A stretch of 64,000 nt of DNA, taken from contig CAVUWV010000013.1 in NCBI GenBank assembly GCA_963745075.1, positions 128,001 to 192,000 of the forward strand, read 5' to 3'. This document shows, piece by piece, positions 23,712-34,853 of this stretch. The notes below the pieces were generated by a model, which saw only the letters and a program-made list of their open reading frames with translations, did not search any database and was not told where the DNA came from. Every line of letters begins with the position of its first letter. The stretch's first letter is position 1. The translations under genes and the position numbers were made by a program. This DNA is from Candidatus Hydrogenedentota bacterium (GTDB lineage: Bacteria; Hydrogenedentota; Hydrogenedentia; Hydrogenedentales; SLHB01).

Positions 23712-25760
23712 TTACTTATCGGATAGTAGCTCTTTCACCAGTTGCTTTGCGTTATATACCTTCGCCAGGGCTTCCACAATCGCGCGCGTATCGACGGCGA
23801 TCGCGCGACCCTTACCCTGGGTGTACGCAATGGTGTGCACCAGGCCGTAGATGTTGCTGTCGAAGATGACCCCGACTACTTCGGCATTCTCGTTCACGAC
23901 CGGACTTCCCGAGTTGCCGCCGGTGATGTCTGCCGTGCAGACGAAATCGTAGGGCGTGGCGCCGTTGAGCTCGCGGCGGGCCTTTATCCAGCGTTGCGGC
24001 AGCGCGTAGTCGGATTCACCTTCGCGCTTGGAGGCCCGCTCATACAGGCCCGTGAACGTCGTATACGGCGGCACGGATCGGCCATCTTCCTCGTAGCCCT
24101 CGATCGTTCCAAACGCGAGCCGGAGCGTAAACGTCGCGTCGGGATAGGTTGACGCTCCGTTTATGGCGACGTGTGCCGCCGCAATGTTTGCATAGGCATC
24201 GGTCAACACGCTTTCGATCTTGTCCTCGTACTTCTTTCGCCAAGCCCGGGCGTCCGGGTCGAGTGCGATTGCCAGTCGAATCATGGGGTCGGTGGACGCA
24301 GCAATCGCTCTGGCCCCGCCTTCGGCCAGTTGCTTGCGTACGGCGATGTCATCGAGTTGGGTTCCGTATACGAGCGATTCGGCCCGCGCCCGGGGCGACA
24401 TTCCTCCGAGGGCCTTTTGCGCGTACGGGTCATCGCCGCCGAAAGTCTCCATCAGATACGACAGGCCACTTTCGAGTTGCTCGATTTCCAGAGCGTCGTA
24501 GACCGGCCGTGGGGAAAATAGGTGCAGGTAGACCGAATCCAGATTCGCGTCTGTATACTCCGGCAAACGTTCCGCGTTCGGTTTTGGCTTCTCATCCGCC
24601 AACCGGACGAGACTTGCGGCGATCCCGTAGAGGTACGAATGGAGGCTAGTCTGATGGCGCACGTAGTACTCGCGGTAGTCTTCGAGCGCAGACGCCACCT
24701 CGTCCCACGCGTCGCCCCAGTCGGCTTGGTACGTTGGATTTGCAGCGACGGCGGCCCTAAGTTTGTCTTCCTCGTCCAACTTTTTGGCCATGAGCTCGGG
24801 ATCCTGAAGACCGCTCAGAATGCCGGTGCCGGCCTTGCGCCCGTTCCGAACACCGAACAGTTGTCCGCGCCCGATACGAGCGAATTCGTCGCTGCGGAGC
24901 GAAAAGGTTTCCAGCTTTACTTCCGTCCGCCAATAGCGCTGCAATCGCAAAGGCCACTCGGCGTCGCGCAAGAATTTGAGATTCGCAACCGTATCCAGAC
25001 GCTGCGTGTGGCCGGGATGGCCGGCTACGAAGACGAGATCGTCGGCTTCCGCACCATTCCGGCTCCACGTAAGGCAGTGCTCGGTCCGGTACGGCTCACC
25101 ATTCTCGTACACGCGCAAGAAACACACATCCAAGGCGTAGCGCGGATACTCGAAGTTGCCATTCTCGCCGCCGTAGAACGCGATGCGTTGTTCCGGCGCC
25201 ATCACCAGCCGCACGTCGGTGAAACGCTTGTATTGGTAGAGGTGATACTGCGCGCCCCCGTAAAGCGTGACGACCTGGCAGTCGAGTCCGGTCGCGGTTT
25301 CGGCGACCTCTTCGATGGTGGCCATCGCTTCGCGGCGAGCGGTATTTGCCTCGGCGACGGATAGGCCCGCTCCCGCGTCCTTGACCCGGTCTGTGACGTC
25401 CTCAACATTCCACAACACGTTGGCTTCCAGGCCGGGGCACTTGAGTTCCTCGTCGTGTCGCTTCGCATAAAACCCCGTTGCGAGCAGATCCTTCGCGTCT
25501 GAGCTGAGCTTCTCGATCATTCCCGAGGCAACATGGTGGTTCGTCAGCGCGAGTCCGTTCGCGGATACGAATGACCCCGAGCCTCCGCTGTTGAACCGAA
25601 TCGCTGATTTCTGCACGTGTTCCAGCCACTGCGCGTCGGGCGCGAAACCATACCGATCTCCGAGGATTTTGGTCGGCGGATTGGTGAAGAGCCACATACC
25701 CTCGTCGGCATGGGAACGTGCGACGAGGACGAGGGCGACGGCGGTTACGAACGACCCCAT
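23712..25760 (-). CDS. S46 family dipeptidyl peptidase
   Basis: ADEGMW, GSGSFVS, LTNHHV, DITGGNSGSP. Confidence 0.92.
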   Translation of the reverse strand: MGSFVTAVALVLVARSHADEGMWLFTNPPTKILGDRYGFAPDAQWLEHVQKSAIRFNSGGSGSFVSANGLALTNHHVASGMIEKLSSDAKDLLATGFYAKRHDEELKCPGLEANVLWNVEDVTDRVKDAGAGLSVAEANTARREAMATIEEVAETATGLDCQVVTLYGGAQYHLYQYKRFTDVRLVMAPEQRIAFYGGENGNFEYPRYALDVCFLRVYENGEPYRTEHCLTWSRNGAEADDLVFVAGHPGHTQRLDTVANLKFLRDAEWPLRLQRYWRTEVKLETFSLRSDEFARIGRGQLFGVRNGRKAGTGILSGLQDPELMAKKLDEEDKLRAAVAANPTYQADWGDAWDEVASALEDYREYYVRHQTSLHSYLYGIAASLVRLADEKPKPNAERLPEYTDANLDSVYLHLFSPRPVYDALEIEQLESGLSYLMETFGGDDPYAQKALGGMSPRARAESLVYGTQLDDIAVRKQLAEGGARAIAASTDPMIRLAIALDPDARAWRKKYEDKIESVLTDAYANIAAAHVAINGASTYPDATFTLRLAFGTIEGYEEDGRSVPPYTTFTGLYERASKREGESDYALPQRWIKARRELNGATPYDFVCTADITGGNSGSPVVNENAEVVGVIFDSNIYGLVHTIAYTQGKGRAIAVDTRAIVEALAKVYNAKQLVKELLSDK

Positions 25761-25869
25761 GCGTATCCACCAGGGCTTCAAGATGGATTCCCGAGTTCGC
25801 GGGAATCCATCTTCGTCTTGGATCCGGCGTACATGAGGCCTTTGTAACCGCATTTCCTGTTTGTACAGT

Positions 25870-27078
25870 TCACCCCATTATCTCCTGAATCGTGCGCGCG
25901 ATACTCTTTATGCGATGCGCATAGGTGTGTTCGCCCAGCACGCGCTTGCGCGCCTTCTCGACAATCTCCAGCCGCGCGCCGGGATGTCGCAGGTACCAGC
26001 GGAACTTCTCAATACATTCTTCCTGTGAACGATACGTTGCGATTTCGGATTCCGCGTCGAACAATGCTTCCAGATCGGGTTGCGCGTCGGTCAACAGGAA
26101 GCCTCCGGCCGCCGGACAATCAAACACACGCTGGTTCACCGTGTGCGGCATCTGGATGCTGGTCACGTTGAAATTTACGGCACAGGCGCCGTAGAAGGCG
26201 GGCAATTCCGTGAAATAATCCAGCGGCTCGCCCGCTTTCTGAACGACGGATTTCCACCCTACATCGCCGCGTACGGTCAAGCCCTCCGGCTCGAGCGCGC
26301 GGACATATCCGTGGCGTAGCCGTCGTGTACCTTCGATGAAGCACAGCATCTCGGCGTGACGCCGGGCCTCTGCATCGAGCGTTGCACAGTATGCGGGATC
26401 GAGGATTGACTCCAATCCTTCTCCAAATCGTTCCCGGGTAACCAGTCCCCCGTCAATGGCGTCGGACAGGCGTTCGTAAAGACCCGTGATTCGGCGCACA
26501 GCGGCCCAGCTTCGCGTCGCGAAGTCTTCCATCGAATTCCCCACGAACGTGGGCGGGGCGTCCCAGGTGTCCAGGGGTTCCCGATCGAACAGATTTGGGT
26601 CCGTGGCCAGGGGAAGGGCACGGACAACCGGAAAGCCGCAGAATTCAAGGTAGGGGATGTAGGCCTTGTCCCAGGTCAGCGCGATGGCATTCGACGTGCC
26701 GTACAGGGTCCGGCCCATGACGATCGTACGCGGATCGTCGACGAACCACGTCACGTACGGTATTGCGAGGTCCTCGAAAAGCCGCGCCATCAATCCACCC
26801 AGGTCCATGCCGCTGAGGTTAATGGACAGGATGAAATCCGGCTTGAGGGAAACCAGGGTTTCAAACAGCCGCGCAACTTGCTCTTTGGACAGCACGCCTT
26901 CCATGACCACCGGAACCGGCGCCACTTCCCACCCCATGGATCGCGCGGCGTTCTCGCACGCACTGTCCAGCCAGTACTCGCCACGCAGGACCAGCACGCG
27001 CGGGACTTCGCCGGCCAGTTTGTCATAGGCCATAAGTCTGCGCAGGCGGTCGGAAACGTGAAGTCGGGGTTCGGTCAT
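25870..27078 (-). CDS. CgeB-family glycosyltransferase, paralog of 21374..22582
   Basis: TWFVDDP, NVTSIQM..VNQRVFDCPAAGGFLLTD, EHTYAHR; also 402 aa. Confidence 0.85.
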   Translation of the reverse strand: MTEPRLHVSDRLRRLMAYDKLAGEVPRVLVLRGEYWLDSACENAARSMGWEVAPVPVVMEGVLSKEQVARLFETLVSLKPDFILSINLSGMDLGGLMARLFEDLAIPYVTWFVDDPRTIVMGRTLYGTSNAIALTWDKAYIPYLEFCGFPVVRALPLATDPNLFDREPLDTWDAPPTFVGNSMEDFATRSWAAVRRITGLYERLSDAIDGGLVTRERFGEGLESILDPAYCATLDAEARRHAEMLCFIEGTRRLRHGYVRALEPEGLTVRGDVGWKSVVQKAGEPLDYFTELPAFYGACAVNFNVTSIQMPHTVNQRVFDCPAAGGFLLTDAQPDLEALFDAESEIATYRSQEECIEKFRWYLRHPGARLEIVEKARKRVLGEHTYAHRIKSIARTIQEIMG

Positions 27079-27136
27079 AGGAAAGGATGGTAGCAGCCGG
27101 ATAGCGTGGTCTCAACGATTTGCACGGAATGCCGCG

Positions 27137-29380
27137 TTGACTAAGCTCTTGTCCCGTGGTATGTTCACCATTGGTGCAGTAATGGCATTTGCCACGTGGG
27201 GTTTGCTCAGAATCGTGTTCTACAGCCAAACTTTGTCTTTTTTCGCGCTTGCCGGGCTGTTGTGTCCCGTAGTCGCAACGCCGCAGAGTGTGACTCCTCC
27301 CGAAAACACCTGCTTCCAGGTGAGTCCGGGCTACCGCCCCGAACTCGATATCGGCTCCGACATGGCCATCGTGTACGGGACCGGCGGAACCTTCGCGGAC
27401 CGCGCAAACAGTTGGCGGGACCAGGGCTACACCATCAGCCTCATGACCGGCATCGCCTGGGGCGGATATGGGTCGTACTACGGGAGTGGCGATGACTTCA
27501 AGAAAGAAGAGGTGCAGACCCGCAAGGACGGCACGCTCTTCATGCACGGGAACAGCAAGACGGTCGGCTACAACGTGCCGTCGGATTCCTACATCGACTA
27601 TGTCAAATCCTACATCGACCCCGCGCTGGATTACGGGGTGCATGCCGTTTACCTCGAAGAGCCCGAGTACTGGGCGAAGACGGGATGGAGCGAAGCGTTC
27701 AAACGCGAGTGGCAGAAGTTTTACGGCGAACCCTGGCAAGCGCCGGATTCGAGTCCCGACGCGCAATACCGGGCGAGCAAGCTGAAATACGAACTTTATT
27801 TCAAAGCCCTACGCGACGTGTTCGCCTACGTGGACGCCCGTGCGAAGGAGAAGGGCATCACAATCGAATGCAACGTGCCGACCCATAGTCTCGTGAACTA
27901 TGCGCAATGGCGTATCGTGAGTCCCGAGTCTCACCTGATCGACATTCCGCAATTGGACGGATACATCGCGCAGGTGTGGACGGGGACGGCCCGTTCTCAG
28001 AACGAGTACCGAGGCGTTCGGAAGGAGCGGACCTTTGAGACCGCTTACCTCGAGTACGGCCAGATGCTCGCCATGGTGCGGCCGACGGGGCGCAAGGTCT
28101 GGTTCCTCGCGGACCCCGTCGAGGACAATCCCAACTACAGTTGGAACGACTACAAACACAATTACGAGTGCACCATCGTCGCGTCGCTGATGTGGCCGGA
28201 AGTCAGCCGCTACGAAGTGATGCCGTGGCCCGACCGGATCTTCCAGGGCACCTATCCGAAGGTCGACATGGACGCGCAGTCCGGAGACCGCGAAGGGATC
28301 CCGGCGGATTACGCCACCCAGTTACTGACCGTCATCAACGCATTGAACGACATGGACCAGGATGACGTGCGGTATGAGACGGGCACCCGCGGTATCGGCG
28401 TCGTCGTGTCCGACACCATGATGTTTCAACGCGCGGAACCGGACCCGAGCGAAGGGTCGCTGGGCTCGTTCTACGCCCTGGCGCTACCCCTGTTGAAGGT
28501 TGGTGTTCCCGTGGAAATCGCGCAACTCGAAAACACGATCCATCCGGGGAGCCTCGACCGCTACTCGGTCTTGCTGATGACCTACGAGCATCAGAAACCG
28601 CTCAAACCCGAGTACCACGCCGCGATCGACGCGTGGGTGCGCGCCGGGGGATCTCTCATCTTCGTGGATGACGGTTCGGATCCCTACAACCATGTTCGCG
28701 AGTGGTGGAACGACCAGGGCAAGACGGACGCGAAACCCTGCGACGACCTGTTCCAACGCCTTGGCGTAACCGACGCGGCGCGGACGGCCCCGGAGGCGGT
28801 TGGTCAAGGTTTCGTCCGCGTGGTACCGGAACGGCCTCGCGATCTCGAGGAAACCCCGGAAGGCGCGGAAAAGGTTCGCCACTGGGTCGAAGAATCGTTG
28901 CGCGCGACGGGAAAAAAGCTCGATTCCCAGGTATATTTGTGCGTTCAGCGCGGACCCTACCTCGTGGCCTCCGTGCTGGACGAGACCCTCGTGGACGACC
29001 CGGAACTGCGGTTTGACGGGCAGTACATCGATGTCTTTGACCCCATGCTCCCGGTGGTCCGTGAGCGCGTTCTCCACGCGAATGAGCGAACGCTCCTCTA
29101 CGACATCGATTGGGCTCGCAAGAAGAATTTGAAGGCCAAAGTGCTGGTCGCAGCGGCACGCGTTCGTGACGAATCCCTGGAAGGAGGCCGATTCCGGTTC
29201 ACAATGCGAGGACCGACGGGAACGACCGCGCGGGCGCGGGTATTGTTGCCGGGGGAACCGAAACGTGTGACGTTTTCACCGGACCCGGGGTATGAGTATA
29301 CGTGGGATCCCGGCAGTTCGACGTTGTGGTTATCCGGTCCGAACGTAGCGGCGCCCATTCTCGCAGAAATCGAACTTTGA
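27137..29380 (+). CDS. Secreted hypothetical protein, glycoside-hydrolase-like (TIM barrel plus GATase-like domain); start uncertain
   Basis: Long ORF with hydrophobic N-terminus; VYLEEPE, AQVWTGT, WVRAGGSLIFV. Confidence 0.55.
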   Translation: MTKLLSRGMFTIGAVMAFATWGLLRIVFYSQTLSFFALAGLLCPVVATPQSVTPPENTCFQVSPGYRPELDIGSDMAIVYGTGGTFADRANSWRDQGYTISLMTGIAWGGYGSYYGSGDDFKKEEVQTRKDGTLFMHGNSKTVGYNVPSDSYIDYVKSYIDPALDYGVHAVYLEEPEYWAKTGWSEAFKREWQKFYGEPWQAPDSSPDAQYRASKLKYELYFKALRDVFAYVDARAKEKGITIECNVPTHSLVNYAQWRIVSPESHLIDIPQLDGYIAQVWTGTARSQNEYRGVRKERTFETAYLEYGQMLAMVRPTGRKVWFLADPVEDNPNYSWNDYKHNYECTIVASLMWPEVSRYEVMPWPDRIFQGTYPKVDMDAQSGDREGIPADYATQLLTVINALNDMDQDDVRYETGTRGIGVVVSDTMMFQRAEPDPSEGSLGSFYALALPLLKVGVPVEIAQLENTIHPGSLDRYSVLLMTYEHQKPLKPEYHAAIDAWVRAGGSLIFVDDGSDPYNHVREWWNDQGKTDAKPCDDLFQRLGVTDAARTAPEAVGQGFVRVVPERPRDLEETPEGAEKVRHWVEESLRATGKKLDSQVYLCVQRGPYLVASVLDETLVDDPELRFDGQYIDVFDPMLPVVRERVLHANERTLLYDIDWARKKNLKAKVLVAAARVRDESLEGGRFRFTMRGPTGTTARARVLLPGEPKRVTFSPDPGYEYTWDPGSSTLWLSGPNVAAPILAEIEL

Positions 29381-29466
29381 CAGCCCGTCGGGCGGTCGTC
29401 CATTGTGAATGCACGGGGATTCTGATAGAGTCCCAGCGTCTACCATGCAGGCGGAGAGCAGTAACG

Positions 29467-31959
29467 ATGATTGAAGAGAGATTCCTCCGGCTTATCGCCG
29501 ACGAGGTTGCCGTTCAGGTGCAACAGGTGCAGAAAGCCGTCGAGTTGCTGACCGGAGGCGCCACGATTCCGTTCATCGCGCGGTATCGGAAAGACGTGAC
29601 CGGCGGGCTGAACGAGGAACAACTCGAACGGATCGAAGAACGGAACGAGTATTTCGTATCGCTCACGGCACGTAAGTCCTACGTGATGGAAACCATCGCC
29701 AAGCAGGGCAAACTCACGGAGGACCTGCGCACCGCCATCGAACTATGCGCGGACAAAACGCAGCTCGAGGACTTGTATCTGCCGTACAAGAAGGCTCGTC
29801 GCACCAAGGCGACCGTCGCGCGCGAGAAGGGCCTGGTCCCACTGGCGGACTACCTGTGGGCGCAGGAAGCCAAAGACCAATCCGTGGACGCGTTTGCGGT
29901 GACATTTGTCAAGCCGGAGAAGGCGGTGCACTCGGTCGAAGAGGCCCTCGAAGGCGCTCGGCATATCCTCGCCGAGCGCGTCTCGGTGGATTCCGCCGCA
30001 CGAAATCTGGTGCGCGGGCACATGATGACCACGGGCGCGATCGCGGCGCACCCCACCAAGAACTGCGAAGGCAAACACACCAAATACGAAGCCTACTACG
30101 AATTTCGGGAACCCGTGGACAAGATTCCGTCCCACCGCTTCCTTGCCGTTCATCGGGGCGCGAAGGAAGGGTTTCTTCGGATGGAACTGGCCGTCGATGA
30201 TGCGCACGTGCTCACGGAACTGTTGGCCACTTACTTGAAGGCGGACGACAGCCCGTTCGCGCCGCAAATCAGGCTGGCCGTCGACGATGCATACAACCGG
30301 CTCCTGCGCCCGGCGATCGAGAACGAAGTGCTCGGTGTGGTCCGCGAACGCGCCGACGAGGAGGCCATTCGCGTCTTTCGCGAAAACGCGCAGAACCTGC
30401 TGCTTTCCGCTCCGGCAGGATCGATCAAGGTTATTGGGGTCGATCCCGGAATGCGAACGGGGTGCAAGTTGGCCGTCGTGGATTCGACGGGCGCCTTTTT
30501 GGAAAACGCAACGGTGTTCCCGACGCCGCCACAGAACGACATTGAAAACGCCGAGTTGGTGTTGTTGGCCCTCATGGAAAAGCACGGCGCTAAAGCCGTG
30601 GCCATTGGAAACGGAACCGGCTCGCGCGAGGCCGCCCGCTTCGTCAAACAAACGCTGGGCAAGGTCAGCGCCGACGGCGCGTTTCTGGTCCTTGTCAACG
30701 AGGCCGGAGCGTCGGTGTACTCGGCCTCCAAAATCGCGCGAGAAGAGTTCCCGGAACTGGACGTCACCGTTCGGGGCGCCATTTCCATCGCGCGCCGGTT
30801 GCAGGATCCGCTCGCCGAGCTGGTGAAAATCGAGCCGCGGCACATCGGCGTCGGGCAGTACCAGCACGACGTGAATCAGAAAGCGCTGCGCGAAGGGTTG
30901 CAACGGACGGTCGAGTACTGCGTGAACAGCGTGGGCGTGGACCTCAACACTGCGTCGGCGCCGTTGCTGCGGTACGTCAGTGGAATTCAATCGGACACGG
31001 CGACGAACATCGTCGAGTTCCGGTCGAAGGCCGGCGGTTTCACGAGCCGCGAGCAACTGACGAAAGTCAACGGGGTCGGTCCTCGAGTGTTCGAGCAGTG
31101 CGCGGGGTTTTTGCGCGTATCGAGCGGCGACAATCCGCTTGACGCAACCGGGATTCACCCCGAAGCCTACCCGGTGGTCGAGAAGATTGCAGAATTTCTG
31201 GGCATGGCGATCCCGGACCTGATCCAAAACTCCGACGGACTGACGCGAATGGACCTTTCCGCGTTTGAAACCGACGCGATTGGAACCATTACACTGAACG
31301 ATATTCGGCAGGAGTTGCTCAAGCCGGGCCGCGATCCGCGCACCGAATTCCGCATTCCCAAGTTTTTGGAGGGTGTGGATTCCGTTCAGGATCTCGATGA
31401 AGGCATGGAAATCGAAGGTGTCGTGACGAACGTAACTGATTTCGGCGCGTTTGTCGACGTGGGCGTCCATCAGGACGGTCTGGTTCACTTGTCCGAATTG
31501 GCCAACCGTTTCGTTCGAGACCCGCGAGACATCGTAAAAGTCGGCGAAATCGTCAAAGTGAAAGTCATCAAGGTGGACAAGGATCAGCCCAGGATCTCGT
31601 TGTCGATCAAGGCACTCTTGCCGCCGCCGGAAGCAAGACCCGCACGGCCACGCCGCACTCGCGCGCCGCGACCGGAGCAGGTGGGAGACAAGCCCGCCTC
31701 GACCGAGCAGGCCCCGCGTCAGGACGGGGGCCGCAGCGCACGTCCCCAGGTTCGAGCGTCTGATGGCAAGCCGCAATCGGAGCGGTTTGACAAGAGGCGC
31801 GACCGGGATCGTTCCGATTCCCGCCACGGGGGCAAGCGACCCGGCAAAGGCGGAAAGCGCACGGGCCAGGGACCGCGCAACATGGATGATGGCGCGCTTC
31901 AGAACACTCAGCTGGCGGAACAGTTGGAAGCGCTGAAATCCAAGATGGGATCGTCCTGA
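29467..31959 (+). CDS. tex: Tex RNA-binding transcription accessory protein
   Basis: GATIPFIARYRK, LEDLYLPYK, GVDPGMRTGCK, IGVGQYQHD, C-terminal S1 domain. Confidence 0.95.
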   Translation: MIEERFLRLIADEVAVQVQQVQKAVELLTGGATIPFIARYRKDVTGGLNEEQLERIEERNEYFVSLTARKSYVMETIAKQGKLTEDLRTAIELCADKTQLEDLYLPYKKARRTKATVAREKGLVPLADYLWAQEAKDQSVDAFAVTFVKPEKAVHSVEEALEGARHILAERVSVDSAARNLVRGHMMTTGAIAAHPTKNCEGKHTKYEAYYEFREPVDKIPSHRFLAVHRGAKEGFLRMELAVDDAHVLTELLATYLKADDSPFAPQIRLAVDDAYNRLLRPAIENEVLGVVRERADEEAIRVFRENAQNLLLSAPAGSIKVIGVDPGMRTGCKLAVVDSTGAFLENATVFPTPPQNDIENAELVLLALMEKHGAKAVAIGNGTGSREAARFVKQTLGKVSADGAFLVLVNEAGASVYSASKIAREEFPELDVTVRGAISIARRLQDPLAELVKIEPRHIGVGQYQHDVNQKALREGLQRTVEYCVNSVGVDLNTASAPLLRYVSGIQSDTATNIVEFRSKAGGFTSREQLTKVNGVGPRVFEQCAGFLRVSSGDNPLDATGIHPEAYPVVEKIAEFLGMAIPDLIQNSDGLTRMDLSAFETDAIGTITLNDIRQELLKPGRDPRTEFRIPKFLEGVDSVQDLDEGMEIEGVVTNVTDFGAFVDVGVHQDGLVHLSELANRFVRDPRDIVKVGEIVKVKVIKVDKDQPRISLSIKALLPPPEARPARPRRTRAPRPEQVGDKPASTEQAPRQDGGRSARPQVRASDGKPQSERFDKRRDRDRSDSRHGGKRPGKGGKRTGQGPRNMDDGALQNTQLAEQLEALKSKMGSS

Positions 31960-31973
31960 CCCCGGGATTTATC

Positions 31974-32849
31974 GTGGACCGTCGGGACGAACTCTCGGAA
32001 CGCCCACCAGTCACGAATGCCGCGCTGTGGTGGGAAGGGTTCCGTTGCGGACTCGTCAACCTGCCTTATGCGCGTACACCATTTTCATTGCGCCAGTGTC
32101 TGCGGTTGCTGCTTTGCCCGGTTGACCTGTGGCGATATCATGAATTTCGCGCCGTCCTCCACGGCTATGGCGGCGAACGCGATGTCCTGGACATTGGCAG
32201 CCCGAAACTGCTCGCCACCTTCATCGCCCGGAACTTCGGCGCCGTGGTGACTTCCACCGACATTGTCCGTCAGGTGGAAGAGGAATGCGTTCTATACGAG
32301 CGCGCGGCGTGGCAAGGCGCGCTCGATTCGCGCCGCTGTGACGCCCGCGCGCTGCCCTTCGCGGATCGGTCCTTCGACTTCATCTACTCCGTGAGCGTCC
32401 TCGAGCATATTGCGAGCGACGGCGACACACGCGCGATTCGAGAGATTGCCCGCGTCCTCAAACCCGGGGGGCGGGCGGTGGTCACCGTACCGCTCGTACC
32501 CGCGTACCATGAACGATGGGTTGACGCGGACCCCTATGGCGAGCAGAAGCGGAACGCAGACGGTCAGGTTTTCTTTAGCCGGTACTACGACTGGCCATCG
32601 TTAGAAGAACGGATTATCGAACCGTCCGGCCTGGTACTGGGGGATGTCCAGGCATGGCAGGAATGCTGCCCCGGTTGGTACGCGCGATATTGCGTACGGA
32701 CGACTCATGCCGCATCGCCCCTGTCGATCGTCACGAAACTGCTGGATCCCGTGTGGAGCAGAACGGAATTGGCGGAGGTTCTTGAAACGCCTCCACGAGT
32801 AACGTCACACGGCCTCGTTTCCTTGACACTCCACCGTTCCCATGAATAG
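31974..32849 (+). CDS. Class I SAM-dependent methyltransferase
   Basis: VLDIGSPK, DARALPF..SFDFIYSVSVLEHI, RVLKPGG. Confidence 0.85.
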   Translation: MDRRDELSERPPVTNAALWWEGFRCGLVNLPYARTPFSLRQCLRLLLCPVDLWRYHEFRAVLHGYGGERDVLDIGSPKLLATFIARNFGAVVTSTDIVRQVEEECVLYERAAWQGALDSRRCDARALPFADRSFDFIYSVSVLEHIASDGDTRAIREIARVLKPGGRAVVTVPLVPAYHERWVDADPYGEQKRNADGQVFFSRYYDWPSLEERIIEPSGLVLGDVQAWQECCPGWYARYCVRTTHAASPLSIVTKLLDPVWSRTELAEVLETPPRVTSHGLVSLTLHRSHE

Positions 32850-32852
32850 CAG

Positions 32853-33702
32853 TTACGGGAAGGCGTCCCCGTGTGAGTGAACGCGGTCGCCGTGTTTACA
32901 AATTTCGTAGTAGCGAATTTCACCCAGTCCATGCCAGTCCGTCACCAGCTCCAGATTCTCCCGCAATTGCTCGGAAGTTTGCGGCGCCATAACGCATACT
33001 GCAACGTCAGGGTTCATGAGGGTGAACCGGTACGCTTCCACGGGATTCGGAACGCGAAACGCCGGTGGGTCGCACGGCGTCGGCTGGAGTAGAGCCCCCC
33101 AACGCAAGGCCGTGTAGGTCACGACAGGAATATCCAACCGGCGGGCTATCGGAAAGACCTCGGTTTCCGCACCGCGATGGGCCGCGTTGTAGCGGACCAT
33201 CAGCATGTCGATGGCGCCGGACTCCGCAATGCGCGCAGCGAGCCGGCGCTGATGGCTCGTCAATCCAATGCTTCGGACCACACCGTCGGCTTTTGCCGTA
33301 TTGAGAAACGCTGCGGCGCCGCCCGGAGCCACGATTTCGTCCCACTCGTCCTCGTGTTCCACGTAGTAATACGTCAAGAACGTCGACGTAGTCCGTTCCG
33401 AGAACGCGCAGGATTTCATCGAGTTCTTCCCGGGCCTCATCCGCGGTGCGCGCGAAGAACTGGGCCGCGATAAAGACATCTTTGCGACGCGTTCCCAGAC
33501 TGCGAACGGCCTCGACCATGCCGTCGTTGTGGCCGATGCCACACCAGTTCAAGTAATTAATCCCGCAATCCACCGCCAGGATCACGTCGTCCGCCGTCAT
33601 CAGGCAGTTGCCCCGGGTCGCGAGACCCAACCGGCACACGCGGCCCAGGTTGGGAAATTCCGCCCGGCGTTCCGGCGGGTTCTTTTCGGTTGGCGTGGAC
33701 AC
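32853..33702 (-). CDS. Aldo/keto reductase; frameshift near 33385
   Basis: RLGLA, GINYLNW, LGTDYVD; then IGLTSHQR, RYNAAHRGAE, LRENL in the second frame. Confidence 0.8.
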
Positions 33703-33738
33703 GAGAACATGTCCTCACATCATGAAACAGCTTGTGTC

Positions 33739-33765
33739 GTCATTCTGAGCGAAGCGAAGAATCTC
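33739..33765. repeat. Single arm of a REP-like element, GTCATTCTGAGCGAAGCGAAGAATCTC
   Basis: Resembles a widespread intergenic palindrome arm (recognised from memory); no partner arm seen nearby. Confidence 0.55.
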
Positions 33766-33803
33766 ATATTGACGGCGCACAGTGGTTTTGCAATGGCCCT
33801 TGG

Positions 33804-34850
33804 TCATGTTTGTGAGTCCGAATTGCGCGAACTGGTCTTGCCGAGCGCCTCTGCCGCATCTTTCAAGTTGGCTACGGCGTCCGCATTATCCGAATTCAGT
33901 TGGACCGCACGCCTAAAACATTCATAGCCCCGGTCACGGTCACCAATACTCCACAGCAAGACGCCGAAATCGTTGTACGCGAGATCGGAAATGGGGCACG
34001 TCGCGATGGCTTCCGTATACATTCGGATGGCACGCGCGATGTCACCGGCATTTGCGGCTTCGCGCGCTTCAGCCGCCAGACGCGCGGCGATCTGCTCCGC
34101 ATGAGAGGCGCTGGATTCGGTTAGTCCCCACTTATCGCGAAAGACCGCTGCGTTGCGATCGATTAGGTTATTGTACGTATCGCCCTGAATGCCCATCGCG
34201 CGAAAGGTGCGGCTCCCATAGTGAAATACGAAGCAGCCTTCTGCCAGGCTGGTCCGGTAACCGGCCTTGCGCACGCGAATGCAGTAATCGTCGTCCTCAA
34301 AATTTCCGATTCCAAAGGTCTCGTCCAGCAAACCCACCTCGCGAAAGGTCTCATCCCGGATCAGCAGGCAGAACCCCACGAGCCGGTCGATTTCGGCGAG
34401 CGACGTGCCGTGCGTGTCCCAGCGCCCATCCGCGTATGTGTTGATTGCGTCGATTGAATCGAGTTCGAGCCCATCAATCAACTGCGGTCCTGAGACATGA
34501 TTGGTCATCGGACCCACCATTCCAATGCGCGCGTTCGATTCGAGCGCCGACATCAACCGGGTAAGCCAACCTCGTGGCACGACGGTGTCGCTGTTGAGCA
34601 GTAGCACGTGACCTTCGGCGTGTGCGAGACCCCGATTAACGCCGCCGGGAAATCCCAGGTTCGCGCCGGTGTGCACTACAGTCGCGTCCGGGACAGCTTC
34701 GAAGTACTCGCCGACGCCGTCGGTTGAACCGTTGTCGATCAGAATGAGCGCGTACGGCCATTCCGTGTGGGCCCGGATCGACTCGACGCATTCGCGGCAA
34801 TACTCGACCTGGTTGAAGGCGGGGATGACGATGGATACGCGCGTCCGCAC
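33804..34850 (-). CDS. GT2 glycosyltransferase with C-terminal TPR
   Basis: VSIVIPAFN, DNGSTD, LLNSDT, GFCLLI, GNFEDDDY; TPR tail. Confidence 0.9.
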   Translation of the reverse strand: MRTRVSIVIPAFNQVEYCRECVESIRAHTEWPYALILIDNGSTDGVGEYFEAVPDATVVHTGANLGFPGGVNRGLAHAEGHVLLLNSDTVVPRGWLTRLMSALESNARIGMVGPMTNHVSGPQLIDGLELDSIDAINTYADGRWDTHGTSLAEIDRLVGFCLLIRDETFREVGLLDETFGIGNFEDDDYCIRVRKAGYRTSLAEGCFVFHYGSRTFRAMGIQGDTYNNLIDRNAAVFRDKWGLTESSASHAEQIAARLAAEAREAANAGDIARAIRMYTEAIATCPISDLAYNDFGVLLWSIGDRDRGYECFRRAVQLNSDNADAVANLKDAAEALGKTSSRNSDSQT

Positions 34851-34853
34851 CCG

